Assembly: GCA_035550055.1 (NCBI GenBank)
Contig: DASZRO010000018.1
Span: 94,743-158,742, forward strand
Direction of reading: 5' to 3'
DNA length: 64,000 nt
From: Mycobacteriales bacterium
GTDB lineage: Bacteria > Actinomycetota > Actinomycetes > JAFAQI01
This document shows positions 17,778 to 27,083 of this stretch, one piece after another; the first letter of the stretch is position 1; every line of letters starts with the position of its first letter. The notes under the pieces were generated by a model, which was not told the origin of the DNA, ran no database searches, and was given only the letters and a program-made list of their open reading frames with translations. Position numbers and translations under genes: made by a program.

Positions 17778-18991
17778 GACAGGACGCGGAGCCGGACGGT
17801 CTCCGGCATGGCCGCGAGCTCGGCCGGCACGTCCGACGGATAGTCGACGCCGATGTCGGTGATCACGTAGCCGAGCTCACCGCGGGTCCCCAGCAGCTGT
17901 CCCTCGATGTTGACCTTGTTCTCCGCGAGGACGCCGTTGATCGTCGCCAGGACGCCGGGAACGTTCTGGTGGAGGTGCGCGATGCGGTGGCTGTCCGGTC
18001 GAGACGGCAGGACGAGATGCGGGAGGTTGACGCTCATCGTCGTCGTACCGTCGACGACGTAGTCACGCAGCTTGCCCGCGACGTAATGGCCGATGTCCTG
18101 CTGTGCCTCCTCGGTCGAGCCGCCGATGTGCGGCGTGAGGATGACGTTGGGCAAGTCGCGCAGCACCGAGACGAACTCGTCGCCCTGCGCCTTCGGCTCC
18201 TCGGGGAACACGTCGACCGCGGCACCCGCGATGTGCCCGCTCTCCAGATGCGCACGCAACGCGTCGTGGTCGACGAGGAAGCCACGGGACAGGTTGAGGA
18301 ACAGGCTGCCCGGCTTCATCAGCGCGAACTGGTTCTCGCCGAACATGTCGGCGTTCGTCGCCCGCCCGTCGACGTGAAGCGTGACGATGTCCGACGTGCT
18401 GAGCAGCTCGTCGAGTGAGCTGCAGCGGCGCGCGTTGCCGAGCGCCAGCTTGTCGGCGGTGTCGAAGTACGACACGGACATGCCGAGCGCCTCGGCGATC
18501 ACCGACAGCTGCGCGCCGATGTTGCCGTAACCGACGATCCCGATCCGACGGCCCCGAATCTCGTGCGCTCCCGTTGCCGACTTGTCCCACACCCCCGCGT
18601 GGAGGTCGGCGTTCTTCTGCGTCAGTCGGCGGGTGAGCGCGATGATCTCCGCGATCGCGAGCTCGACCACACTGCGGGTGTTGGAAAACGGCGCGTTGAA
18701 GACCGCGATCCCGCGCGACGATGCCGCCGGCAGGTCGATCTGGTTCGTGCCGATGCAGAACGCGCCGATCGCGAGCAAGGAGTCGGCGCCTTCGAGAGCT
18801 GCCTCGGTCACGTCGGTCTTCGAGCGGATCCCGAGCAGCGACACGCCGCGAAGGCGATCGGCGAGCTCCGCGGGGTCGAGCGCACCTTTGGCCGTCTCGA
18901 CGTCGAAGCCTTCGGCAGCGAGCGCGGACGCCGCGTCCGGATGCACGTTCTCGAGCAACAACGCGCGAAGCGGCCCAGCCTGTGCAGTCAA
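17774..18991 (-). CDS. serA: D-3-phosphoglycerate dehydrogenase-like 2-hydroxyacid dehydrogenase with C-terminal ACT-like domain
   Basis: NAD-binding GIVGYGNIGAQ and catalytic R/E/H residues. About 405 aa, the short SerA form. 4 nt overlap with the FAD oxidase gene. Confidence 0.75.
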   Translation of the reverse strand: MTAQAGPLRALLLENVHPDAASALAAEGFDVETAKGALDPAELADRLRGVSLLGIRSKTDVTEAALEGADSLLAIGAFCIGTNQIDLPAASSRGIAVFNAPFSNTRSVVELAIAEIIALTRRLTQKNADLHAGVWDKSATGAHEIRGRRIGIVGYGNIGAQLSVIAEALGMSVSYFDTADKLALGNARRCSSLDELLSTSDIVTLHVDGRATNADMFGENQFALMKPGSLFLNLSRGFLVDHDALRAHLESGHIAGAAVDVFPEEPKAQGDEFVSVLRDLPNVILTPHIGGSTEEAQQDIGHYVAGKLRDYVVDGTTTMSVNLPHLVLPSRPDSHRIAHLHQNVPGVLATINGVLAENKVNIEGQLLGTRGELGYVITDIGVDYPSDVPAELAAMPETVRLRVLS

Positions 18992-19066
18992 CGGATTTTC
19001 CCTTGGATCAAAGGCGTTTTCGAGCCTTCAATCCTACCCGTCGGGGGTCAGCCGACGGCCAGCGCA

Positions 19067-20305
19067 TTACGCGAGCTCGGCACCGATCGCCGGATCCACC
19101 CGGACGACGCCCGCCAGGTCGTTGAGCGGAACCGGCACGTACTCGACGTACTGCCCGGTGTGGGGTGCGACGACCATCATCCCGTTGCCCCAGTAGATCG
19201 CGACGTGGTCGACGTCGGTCGGATCGCTCTTGTTGTAGTGCCAGAACAGCAGGTCACCGGGCCGGGCGTCGGCGTACGGCACGTGTGGACCGGTGAAGAA
19301 CTGCTCCTCCGACACTCGCGGCATGGCGATACCGGCCTGCGCGAACGCCCACTGCACGAGCCCCGAGCAGTCGAAGGCGGACGGGCCGGCCGCGCCCCAG
19401 ACGTAGGGCAACCCGATGCGGCTCTTCGCCGCGTTGAGGAAGTTGTAGATCTGCAGCCGGGTCAGGAACTCGCCCGCGTCCCGGGTGACGATGACCTCAC
19501 GTAGCAGCTCGACGTGCACGCCGTGGCCCAGCATCTCCAGGGCCGTCTTGCGCAGCTTCAGCGGATCCGCTTTCGGCGCACTGATCAAGGCGCCGGTGTC
19601 GTCGGCCAGGCCGACCTGCGCCGCGCGCGCGGCGGACATCACGGCGTCGACCCCCGCCATGCCGACCGACGCGAACGCTCCGATCCGGATCGAGGTCAGG
19701 CCGCGGCGGCTGCCCACCGGCACGGTTCCGCCGAGCGGCAGGTTGGTGTTCTCCCCCATGTCGAAGGATGCGGCGAGCTCGCCTTGCTCGATGGTCTCCC
19801 ACAGCGGGTTGCTGTCGGCGGTCAGCTTCGGCGTCCAGGACCGGAACGTCGTCGGGTCCACGCCGAGGACGAACGCCTTGTGCCCTTCGATCTGCGCGTG
19901 ACCGGCCATCACCGTCTCCACCCGGCGTACCCCGGACAGCTTGTCGAGCCGTCGCACCTGGCGGGCGCTGAGCGGGCGCTTGTCGGAGACCAGCAGGGTC
20001 GCCGAGACGAGATGGCGGCGTTGATGAGCGGGCAGCGGTACGGGGGTCGAGCCGGGGGCTATCAGCTGGCCGAGGTCGCCGGCCGGCGCCGGCGGGAGCG
20101 GCTCGTCGGCGCTCGCGGTGTGGTGATGCTTCGTGACGAGGGCGGCGGTCACCGCCGTCGCGCCGGTCCCGACGGTGAGCACCGCGAGGAGCACAAGCAC
20201 GAGCCCACCGGTCGTGGTTCGCAGCGGCAGCCATCCGGACGCGTGGCGCCGCCACGCGTCACGGGCACCCGTCACGGCGCGGCGCGGCGAGGTGAACCTG
20301 GGCAT
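19067..20305 (-). CDS. NlpC/P60 family peptidoglycan endopeptidase
   Basis: C-terminal YVWGAAGPSAFDCSGLVQWAFAQAGIAMPR...H...H (Cys-His-His). N-terminal TM anchor. Confidence 0.85.
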   Translation of the reverse strand: MPRFTSPRRAVTGARDAWRRHASGWLPLRTTTGGLVLVLLAVLTVGTGATAVTAALVTKHHHTASADEPLPPAPAGDLGQLIAPGSTPVPLPAHQRRHLVSATLLVSDKRPLSARQVRRLDKLSGVRRVETVMAGHAQIEGHKAFVLGVDPTTFRSWTPKLTADSNPLWETIEQGELAASFDMGENTNLPLGGTVPVGSRRGLTSIRIGAFASVGMAGVDAVMSAARAAQVGLADDTGALISAPKADPLKLRKTALEMLGHGVHVELLREVIVTRDAGEFLTRLQIYNFLNAAKSRIGLPYVWGAAGPSAFDCSGLVQWAFAQAGIAMPRVSEEQFFTGPHVPYADARPGDLLFWHYNKSDPTDVDHVAIYWGNGMMVVAPHTGQYVEYVPVPLNDLAGVVRVDPAIGAELA

Positions 20306-20409
20306 CCGCGGCGCGAACCTCCTTGCCCCCGTAGCTCTGCGTCAATTACAACGGCAGATCTCGGCGAAGGTTGACCACAGCGCGTCGGAACCGGGCCGAT
20401 GAAGCGCCG

Positions 20410-21078
20410 CTACCCGGCCAGCGCGGATGCGGCGACTTTCAGATCTGCGACCAGTCCAGCGTATGCGGCGTCTCGGTCGTCGGCGCGCAGCACGGCCGAC
20501 GGATGCAGGGTTGCCATGGCGAACGCGGAGGCGGGCGCGCCGTCGTCGTCCAGGCCGGGAAACGCGTCGGGCTCGGCCGCGGATGCCGGCCACGGCATCA
20601 GGACGCCGCGGGAACGCGTCACCCGAAACGACGCTCCGAACAGCGCCCGTGCCGCGGTCGCGCCGAGCGCCACGACCACCTCCGGGGAGAGCACGGCGAA
20701 CTCGGCGAGCAGCCACGGGCGGCACGCCGCTATGTCGGCGACATCGGGCGTCTGATGGATACGCCGCTTGCCGACTCCCGCCGACCGGAACTTGAAGTGC
20801 TTGACCGCGTTCGTCGTGTAGACGCCGGCCGGATCGATGCCGGCGTCGGCCACGGCCTGGTCCAACATCTTCCCCGCCGGACCGACGAACGGCTCGCCCC
20901 GGCGGTCCTCGATGTCCCCCGGCTGCTCGCCGACGAACACCATGCGCGCCCCGACCGGACCCTTGCTGAAGACGGTCTGGGTGGTGCCCTTGTAGAGCTC
21001 GCACCCGGTGCAGCCCAATGCCGCCTTGCGTAGCTTGTCGATGGTCGCGCCGGGCGGGACGAACTCCGCGGCGCTCAC
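20410..21078 (-). CDS. uracil-DNA glycosylase, family 4
   Basis: GCTGCELYKGTTQTVFSKGPVGARMVFVGEQPGDIEDRRGEPFVGPAGKMLD; family 4 UDG with a 4Fe-4S cysteine pattern. Confidence 0.85.
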   Translation of the reverse strand: MSAAEFVPPGATIDKLRKAALGCTGCELYKGTTQTVFSKGPVGARMVFVGEQPGDIEDRRGEPFVGPAGKMLDQAVADAGIDPAGVYTTNAVKHFKFRSAGVGKRRIHQTPDVADIAACRPWLLAEFAVLSPEVVVALGATAARALFGASFRVTRSRGVLMPWPASAAEPDAFPGLDDDGAPASAFAMATLHPSAVLRADDRDAAYAGLVADLKVAASALAG

Positions 21079-22373
21079 GGGACCGGGTCCTGCGCGTCGT
21101 ACTTGGCGAACGACGGGTACTTGGCGACGAAGGCAAGCAGTCCCACGATGCAGGCGATACCCCCGGAGATCACCGAGAACTCGGTGCTGACCAGGCTGGC
21201 GACCGTCCCGGACTCCAAGTCGCCGATGCGCGGGCCGCCCGCGACGACGACCGTGAACACGCCCTGCAGCCGGCCGCGCAGCGCGTCAGGGGTCGCGACC
21301 TGGAGGATCGTGCTGCGGAAGACCGCGCTCACCATGTCCGCCGCACCGGCGACGGCCAGCAAGATGACGCCGAGCCAGAGCACGTGCGCCAAGCCGAACA
21401 ACGCGATCGCGGCGCCCCACACCGCGATGGAGACGATCACGGCGAGGCCTTGGCGGCGGACTCGCCCGGACCAACCCGAGAACGACGCTCCGAGGAACGC
21501 CCCGATCGACGGCGCGGCGTAGAGCACGCCGGCGGTCTCCGCGCCGCCGTGGAACACCCCCGAGGCGAGCGCGGGGAACAGCGCACGCGGCATTCCGAAC
21601 ACCATCGCCACGATGTCGACGAGGAAGGTCATCATCAGGTTCTTGCGAGGCGCCAGGAACTTGAAGCCTTCGCCAACCGACTTGAAGCCCGCCTTGTGAC
21701 TGACGCTGTCGGGTGGCAGCGGTGGCAGGCGCAGCACGGCGTAGAGCACCGCCGCGAACGACGCGACGTCGATCGCGTACGCCGCGCCGTACCCCGCGGC
21801 CCCGACGACGACGCCGGCCAGCAGCGGCCCGGCCGTCAGTGCGGTGTTCCAACCCAGCTGGCCGAGCGAGTTCGCCGCTGGGAGCAGGTCGGCGCGCACC
21901 AGCCGCGGGAGGGTCGCCCCGCGGGCAGCGGAGTCGACCGAGCTGACGCCCGCCTGCAGACCCAGCAACACGTAGATGATCGAGAGCCGGTTGAGGTGCG
22001 TATCGGCCTGGACCAGGAGCAGCGACGACGTCGTCAACATCACGAGGCTCGTCACCATGACGAGCTTTCGACGATCGACTGCGTCAGCGATCGACCCTCC
22101 GAGCAGGCCGAACACGATCAGCGGGACGACCGTCACCAGTCCGGTGATCCCCACGTCGAACGACGAGTGGGAGATGTGGAACACCTGGAGCTGCGCCGCG
22201 ACGATCGTGAGCTGGCTGCCGATGTTCGACACCGCGTAGCCCGCCCACCAGCGCCGGTAGGTCGGGCTCTCCCGCAACGGCGTGAGGTCGGCGAACAGCC
22301 GCCGGCGGGTGCGCTCCTGAGATCCGGCCGGATCGTCCGGTGATGGCTCGTCCGGCGGGGTGACGTCGCTCAC
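21075..22373 (-). CDS. MFS transporter (12 TMS)
   Basis: Multiple TM segments. Start moved to the GTG at 22373, which gives a GTGA overlap with pdxH; the track ORF extends to 22508. 4 nt overlap with the UDG gene. Confidence 0.7.
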   Translation of the reverse strand: MSDVTPPDEPSPDDPAGSQERTRRRLFADLTPLRESPTYRRWWAGYAVSNIGSQLTIVAAQLQVFHISHSSFDVGITGLVTVVPLIVFGLLGGSIADAVDRRKLVMVTSLVMLTTSSLLLVQADTHLNRLSIIYVLLGLQAGVSSVDSAARGATLPRLVRADLLPAANSLGQLGWNTALTAGPLLAGVVVGAAGYGAAYAIDVASFAAVLYAVLRLPPLPPDSVSHKAGFKSVGEGFKFLAPRKNLMMTFLVDIVAMVFGMPRALFPALASGVFHGGAETAGVLYAAPSIGAFLGASFSGWSGRVRRQGLAVIVSIAVWGAAIALFGLAHVLWLGVILLAVAGAADMVSAVFRSTILQVATPDALRGRLQGVFTVVVAGGPRIGDLESGTVASLVSTEFSVISGGIACIVGLLAFVAKYPSFAKYDAQDPVP

Positions 22374-23086
22374 GGGTTGAGCCGCTCCACACGCCATCCC
22401 GCGGGGTCGCGGAGGTAGCGCAGCCGGTCGTGCAAACGATCGTGACGACCCTGCCAGAACTCGATGGTCTCGGGCACGACCAGGTAGCCGCCCCAGTCCG
22501 GCGGACACGGCACGTCGACACCGTCGTACGCCGCGGCCGTCTCGGCGACTCGGCGCTCGAGAGCCTCGCGGTCGGTCACGACGCGGGACTGCGCGCTTGC
22601 GGTCGCCGACAGCTGGGCGCCGCGCGGGCGCGTGGCGAAGTACGCCTCGGAGTCCTCACGCGCGACCTTGTGGGCGACGCCGTTGACGATCACCTGGCGC
22701 GCCAACGCGTGCCAGGGGAACAACAGGGCGAGCGCCGGCTGCCCGGCGATCGCGACGCCTTTGCGGGAGGCGTAGTTCGTGAAGAACGTGAAGCCGCGTT
22801 CGTCGGCGGCCTTGCAGAGAACCGTTCGGATGCTCGGCCTGCCGTCGAGGTCGACCGTCGACACCACCATCGCGTTGGCTTCCGCGAGGCCGGCGGCCTG
22901 CGCGTCGGCCAGCCAGCGGCGCCACAGCTCGATCGGCTCGGCGGGCAGGTCGGCCCTGCTCAAGCCGGCCGATTGGTAGTCACTGCGCAGCCGCGCGAGA
23001 TCCACCGTCGACCCGGTCTCGCTCACGACTCCTGACGCTCTCACACGGGCACACAGCGCCTGCACCGGTTTGTTCCTGCCCGCCAT
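22370..23086 (-). CDS. pdxH: pyridoxamine 5'-phosphate oxidase
   Basis: LDGRPSIRTVLCK, FFTNYASRKG and the C-terminal IEFWQGRHDRLHDRLRY motif. ATG at 23086 (MAGRNKP...). Confidence 0.88.
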   Translation of the reverse strand: MAGRNKPVQALCARVRASGVVSETGSTVDLARLRSDYQSAGLSRADLPAEPIELWRRWLADAQAAGLAEANAMVVSTVDLDGRPSIRTVLCKAADERGFTFFTNYASRKGVAIAGQPALALLFPWHALARQVIVNGVAHKVAREDSEAYFATRPRGAQLSATASAQSRVVTDREALERRVAETAAAYDGVDVPCPPDWGGYLVVPETIEFWQGRHDRLHDRLRYLRDPAGWRVERLNP

Positions 23087-23155
23087 CACCGGTGCTACTC
23101 GCGAGTAGGAGAATGGGGGCAGCCCACGAGGCGACGCAACCGACAAGGAGTCGAC

Positions 23156-24259
23156 ATGGCCGACGAAACGGTCTTCAAGCCCGGACTGGAAGGCGTCATC
23201 GCCTTCGAAAGCGAGATCGCGGAGCCCGACAAGGAAGGTTCGGCGCTGCGCTACCGAGGCGTCGACATCGAAGATTTGGTCGGCCACGTGAGCTACGGCA
23301 ACGTGTGGGGCCTGCTGGTCGACGGCCGGTTCGCGCCGGGCCTACCGCCCGCCGAGCCGTTCCCGGTCCCCGTCCACTCCGGCGACATCCGGGTCGACGT
23401 ACAAAGCGCTCTGGCCACGTTGGCTCCGGCATGGGGGCTTCAGCAGCTGCTCGACATCGACGACGCGCAGGCGCGCGACGACCTGGCCCGCTGCTCGGTC
23501 ACCGCGATGTCCTTCGTCGCCCAGTCGGCGCGTGGCCTCGGCGAGCCCATGGTGCCGCAGAAGCGGATCGACGAGGCGTCCACCGTGGTCGAGCGGTTCA
23601 TGATCCGCTGGCGGGGCGAACCCGACCCGGCGCACACCAAGGCGGTCGACGCCTACTTCGTCTCGGCGGCGGAGCACGGCATGAACGCGTCCACGTTCAC
23701 CGCGCGGGTCATCGCCTCCACCGGCGCCGATGCGGCCGCGTGCCTGTCCGGAGCGGTCGGGGCGCTGTCCGGTCCCCTGCACGGCGGTGCGCCCTCCCGC
23801 GTCCTGAAGATGCTCGACGAGGTGGCGGCCGAAGGCGACGCGCGTCGCTACGTGAAGCGGCTCTTGGACTCCAAGGAGCGCCTCATGGGGTTCGGCCACC
23901 GCGTCTATCGCGCCGAGGATCCGCGCGCCCGGGTGCTTCGTCGTACCGCGAAGGAGCTCGGCGCTCCCCGCGTCGAGGTCGCGGAGGCGCTCGAGAACGC
24001 CGCGCTCGCCGAGCTGCGGGAGCGCTACCCCGACCGCGTTCTCGCGACCAACGTGGAGTTCTGGTCGGCGGTCGTCCTCGACTTCGCGCAGGTGCCGGCG
24101 CACATGTTCACGTCGATGTTCACCTGCGCCCGGGTGGCCGGCTGGAGCGCCCACATCCTCGAGCAGAAGCGGACCGGCCGGCTGATCCGGCCGTCGGCGA
24201 AGTACGTCGGCCCAGCCAACCGCCCCGTCTCCGCGGTAGAAGGCGCCGACCAGCTCTAA
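23156..24259 (+). CDS. citA: citrate synthase (CitA-type)
   Basis: Citrate synthase fold with the GFGHRVY catalytic His motif. 367 aa. Confidence 0.88.
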   Translation: MADETVFKPGLEGVIAFESEIAEPDKEGSALRYRGVDIEDLVGHVSYGNVWGLLVDGRFAPGLPPAEPFPVPVHSGDIRVDVQSALATLAPAWGLQQLLDIDDAQARDDLARCSVTAMSFVAQSARGLGEPMVPQKRIDEASTVVERFMIRWRGEPDPAHTKAVDAYFVSAAEHGMNASTFTARVIASTGADAAACLSGAVGALSGPLHGGAPSRVLKMLDEVAAEGDARRYVKRLLDSKERLMGFGHRVYRAEDPRARVLRRTAKELGAPRVEVAEALENAALAELRERYPDRVLATNVEFWSAVVLDFAQVPAHMFTSMFTCARVAGWSAHILEQKRTGRLIRPSAKYVGPANRPVSAVEGADQL

Positions 24260-24380
24260 CCCAGCAACGCTCCATTGCTGGGGCTCCCTCCCCAGCAACG
24301 CTGCGTTGCCGGGGGATTGGCCGGGCAACGCTGCGTTGCTGGGGGATAACCCCACGTAATGGAGCGTTGCTGGTCAGTAC
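24260..24380. repeat. tandem array (4 units) of palindromic intergenic repeat CCCCAGCAACGCTGCGTTGCTGGGG
   Basis: Read directly between the citA stop and the serC start. Units are about 25-35 bp, each with a 9 bp inverted arm pair. The same unit recurs at 56922-57014. Confidence 0.8.
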
Positions 24381-24389
24381 CCTTGGCGG

Positions 24390-25514
24390 GTGACTGACGC
24401 CACTCTCGAGATTCCCGCCGACCTGCGGCCAGGCGATGGCCGTTTCGGCTCTGGCCCGACGAAGGTCCGGCCGGAGCAGCTTGCAGCCCTTGCTGCGACC
24501 GGGACGTCCTACCTCGGTACGTCGCACCGGCAGGAGACCGTGCGCTCGGTCGTTCGGCGGGTCCGAGAGGGCATCGCGACGCTGTACGACCTGCCGGACG
24601 GATACGAGGTGATCCTCGGCAACGGCGGCGCGACGATCTTCTGGGACATCGCAACCCTCTGCCTGATCGAGCGTCGCTCGCAGCACATGGCGTTCGGTGA
24701 GTTCTCGACGAAGTTCGCAAAGGCGACCGCCGCGGCACCGCACCTCGAAGAGCCCTCGGTCCTCAAGGCCGACTACGGCCACGCCCCTGACGCCTTCGCG
24801 CCGGAGGCCGGGATCGACGCCTACTGCCTGCCGCACAACGAGACCTCCACCGGCGTGATGACCAGCATCCAGCGACCCGTCGGCGCGGACGCCGGAGCGC
24901 TGATGCTGGTGGATGCGACCAGCGCCGCGGGCGGTCTTCCCGTCGACCTGACGCAGACCGATGCCTATTACTTCGCGCCGCAGAAGGGCTTCGCCTCGGA
25001 CGGCGGGCTGTTCTTCGCGATCCTGTCACCCGCGGCGATCGAGCGCAGCGAGCGGCTCATCCCGCAGCGCTGGGTGCCGTCGACGCTGGACCTCGGAATC
25101 CACATCGAGCAATCGAGGCTCGAGCAGACCTACAACACACCCGCGCTCGCGACGGTGTTCCTCATGGCCGAGCAGGTCGAGTGGATGAACGCGCAGGGTG
25201 GGCTGGCCTGGGCAACCGAGCGCACTGGGGAGTCGGCGCGAATCCTCTACACGTGGGCGGACAAGGCGCCGTACGCCGAAGCCTTCGTCACCGACCCGGC
25301 GAAACGCTCGACCGTCGTCGGCACGATCCGGCTGGACGAGGCGATCGAGGCTGACAAGGTGGTCAAGGCACTGAAAGCCAACGGGATCCTCGACGTCGGC
25401 GCATACCGCGCGGCCGGGTACAACGGCCTGCGCGTCGGCATGTTCCCGGCGATCGATCCGGCAGACGTCGAAGCGCTCACCGCCTGCATCGACTGGGTGG
25501 TCGACCGGCTGTGA
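24390..25514 (+). CDS. serC: phosphoserine aminotransferase (actinobacterial SerC type)
   Basis: N-terminus FGSGPTKVRPEQL and the class-V aminotransferase fold. GTG start. Confidence 0.88.
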   Translation: MTDATLEIPADLRPGDGRFGSGPTKVRPEQLAALAATGTSYLGTSHRQETVRSVVRRVREGIATLYDLPDGYEVILGNGGATIFWDIATLCLIERRSQHMAFGEFSTKFAKATAAAPHLEEPSVLKADYGHAPDAFAPEAGIDAYCLPHNETSTGVMTSIQRPVGADAGALMLVDATSAAGGLPVDLTQTDAYYFAPQKGFASDGGLFFAILSPAAIERSERLIPQRWVPSTLDLGIHIEQSRLEQTYNTPALATVFLMAEQVEWMNAQGGLAWATERTGESARILYTWADKAPYAEAFVTDPAKRSTVVGTIRLDEAIEADKVVKALKANGILDVGAYRAAGYNGLRVGMFPAIDPADVEALTACIDWVVDRL

Positions 25515-27073
25515 CCCGTCGGGTACGCCTCGGCGGCATCGCCACCGCGCTGGCTGCGCTGCTGTCGGTCCTCGTCGTCGCGCTGCCACAGCCGGCAGCC
25601 GCCGCGCACCCGGCCGCCCGCCCCGCCGCCCGCCCCGCCGCGCGGAGCAAGGTGGCGAAGCTGCGCTGGGGCCTGTGCCCGTACTACCTGTACCCGGACC
25701 TGCGCCACAGCGGTGAGCAGTGCGCCCACCTCGATGTACCGCTCGACTACAGCCACCCCGGCGAAGGACACGTCACCCTCGAGCTGTCGATCCTTCGGCA
25801 CACGTCTTCGCACTACAAGGGGGTGATCCTCACCAACCCGGGCGGCCCGGGTGCCCCCGGTCTCGATCTGCCGGCCTCCCTCGAACCGTTCGTGCCACAC
25901 GGCGTCGGCGCGGACTACGACTGGGTCAGCTGGGACCCGCGAGGCGTCGGCGCGAGCAGCCCTGCGATGCACTGCCAGTCCAACTACTTCAAAGGCCCTC
26001 GCCGCCGCTACCAGACGACGAGCTCGAAGGTCCTGAAGTACTGGCTCGCCCGCACCAAGAAGTACGCCGCGGAGTGCGCGAAGAAGTACCCGCGGCTGAT
26101 CAACAACATCTCCACCCGGGACTCCGCCCGCGACATGGATCGGATTCGCCGCGCGCTCGGCGCCAACAAGATCAGCTTCTACGGCTTCTCCTACGGCACC
26201 TATCTCGGCGAGGTCTACTCGACGCTGTTCCCGTCGCACCTGAAGTACATGGTGCTCGACAGCACTGTCGATCCCCGCCGCGTGTGGTGGGGCGCGAACC
26301 TCGACCAGGACAAGACGTTCCAGCGCAACATCGGCATCTTCTTCTCCTGGGTGGCGAGCTACGACGACGTCTACCACCTCGGCTCGACCGAGCAGGAGGT
26401 GTCCACGCGCTACAACACCGAGCTCGCCCGGCTGACCGTCAAGCCGAAGGGCGAACTGGGTCCGGACGAGTTCGCGGACGCGATCACCGAGGCCGCCTAC
26501 TACCGGTTCGGGTGGACCGACCTCGCTCACGCGTGGCACCTGCTGGACGCGTCGGGCAAGCGAGCGCCGATGATCAAGCAGTACGTCGAGACCGACCAGC
26601 CCAGAAACGACAACGAGTTCGCGGTCTACTCGGCGGTGCAGTGCAGCGACGCGCACTGGCCCCGGTCATGGGCGAAGTGGGCGCGGGTCAACAAGGCGTA
26701 CAACGCGAAGTACCCGTTCCTCACCTGGAACAACGCGTGGTTCAACGCACCGTGCCTGTTCTGGCACGCCCGCCAGCAGCACCCGTTGAAGATCAACGGC
26801 CACCGCACCGCGAGTGTGCTGATGGTCGACGAAACGCTCGACGCCGCGACGCCGTACTCGGGCAGTGTCGAGGTCCGCAAGCTCTACCCGCACGCGAGTC
26901 TCATCGCGGAGCCGGGCGGAATGACCCACGCCGACTCGCTGTCGGGCGACGCGTGCGTCGACGACAAGATCGCGACGTACCTGCGCAGCGGCAAGCGGCC
27001 GGTACGGCGGCCGGGCCCCGGCCCCGACGCGCGGTGCAAGCCGCTGCCCAACCCGCGCCCGCACGCCGGGTGA
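25511..27073 (+). CDS. secreted alpha/beta hydrolase, tripeptidyl-aminopeptidase (S33 TAP) family
   Basis: Signal peptide, GFSYGT nucleophile elbow and the TAP C-terminal domain. GTGA overlap with serC. Confidence 0.8.
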   Translation: MTRRVRLGGIATALAALLSVLVVALPQPAAAAHPAARPAARPAARSKVAKLRWGLCPYYLYPDLRHSGEQCAHLDVPLDYSHPGEGHVTLELSILRHTSSHYKGVILTNPGGPGAPGLDLPASLEPFVPHGVGADYDWVSWDPRGVGASSPAMHCQSNYFKGPRRRYQTTSSKVLKYWLARTKKYAAECAKKYPRLINNISTRDSARDMDRIRRALGANKISFYGFSYGTYLGEVYSTLFPSHLKYMVLDSTVDPRRVWWGANLDQDKTFQRNIGIFFSWVASYDDVYHLGSTEQEVSTRYNTELARLTVKPKGELGPDEFADAITEAAYYRFGWTDLAHAWHLLDASGKRAPMIKQYVETDQPRNDNEFAVYSAVQCSDAHWPRSWAKWARVNKAYNAKYPFLTWNNAWFNAPCLFWHARQQHPLKINGHRTASVLMVDETLDAATPYSGSVEVRKLYPHASLIAEPGGMTHADSLSGDACVDDKIATYLRSGKRPVRRPGPGPDARCKPLPNPRPHAG

Positions 27074-27083
27074 CTCGCTTCGG

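Noticed and set aside
24260-24380. Possible CRISPR array (regularly spaced palindromic repeats)
   Set aside because: The units are contiguous or irregularly spaced with no unique spacers of constant length. No cas genes are present, and the same unit occurs in only 3-4 copies at each locus. A REP-like or operator repeat is the better fit.
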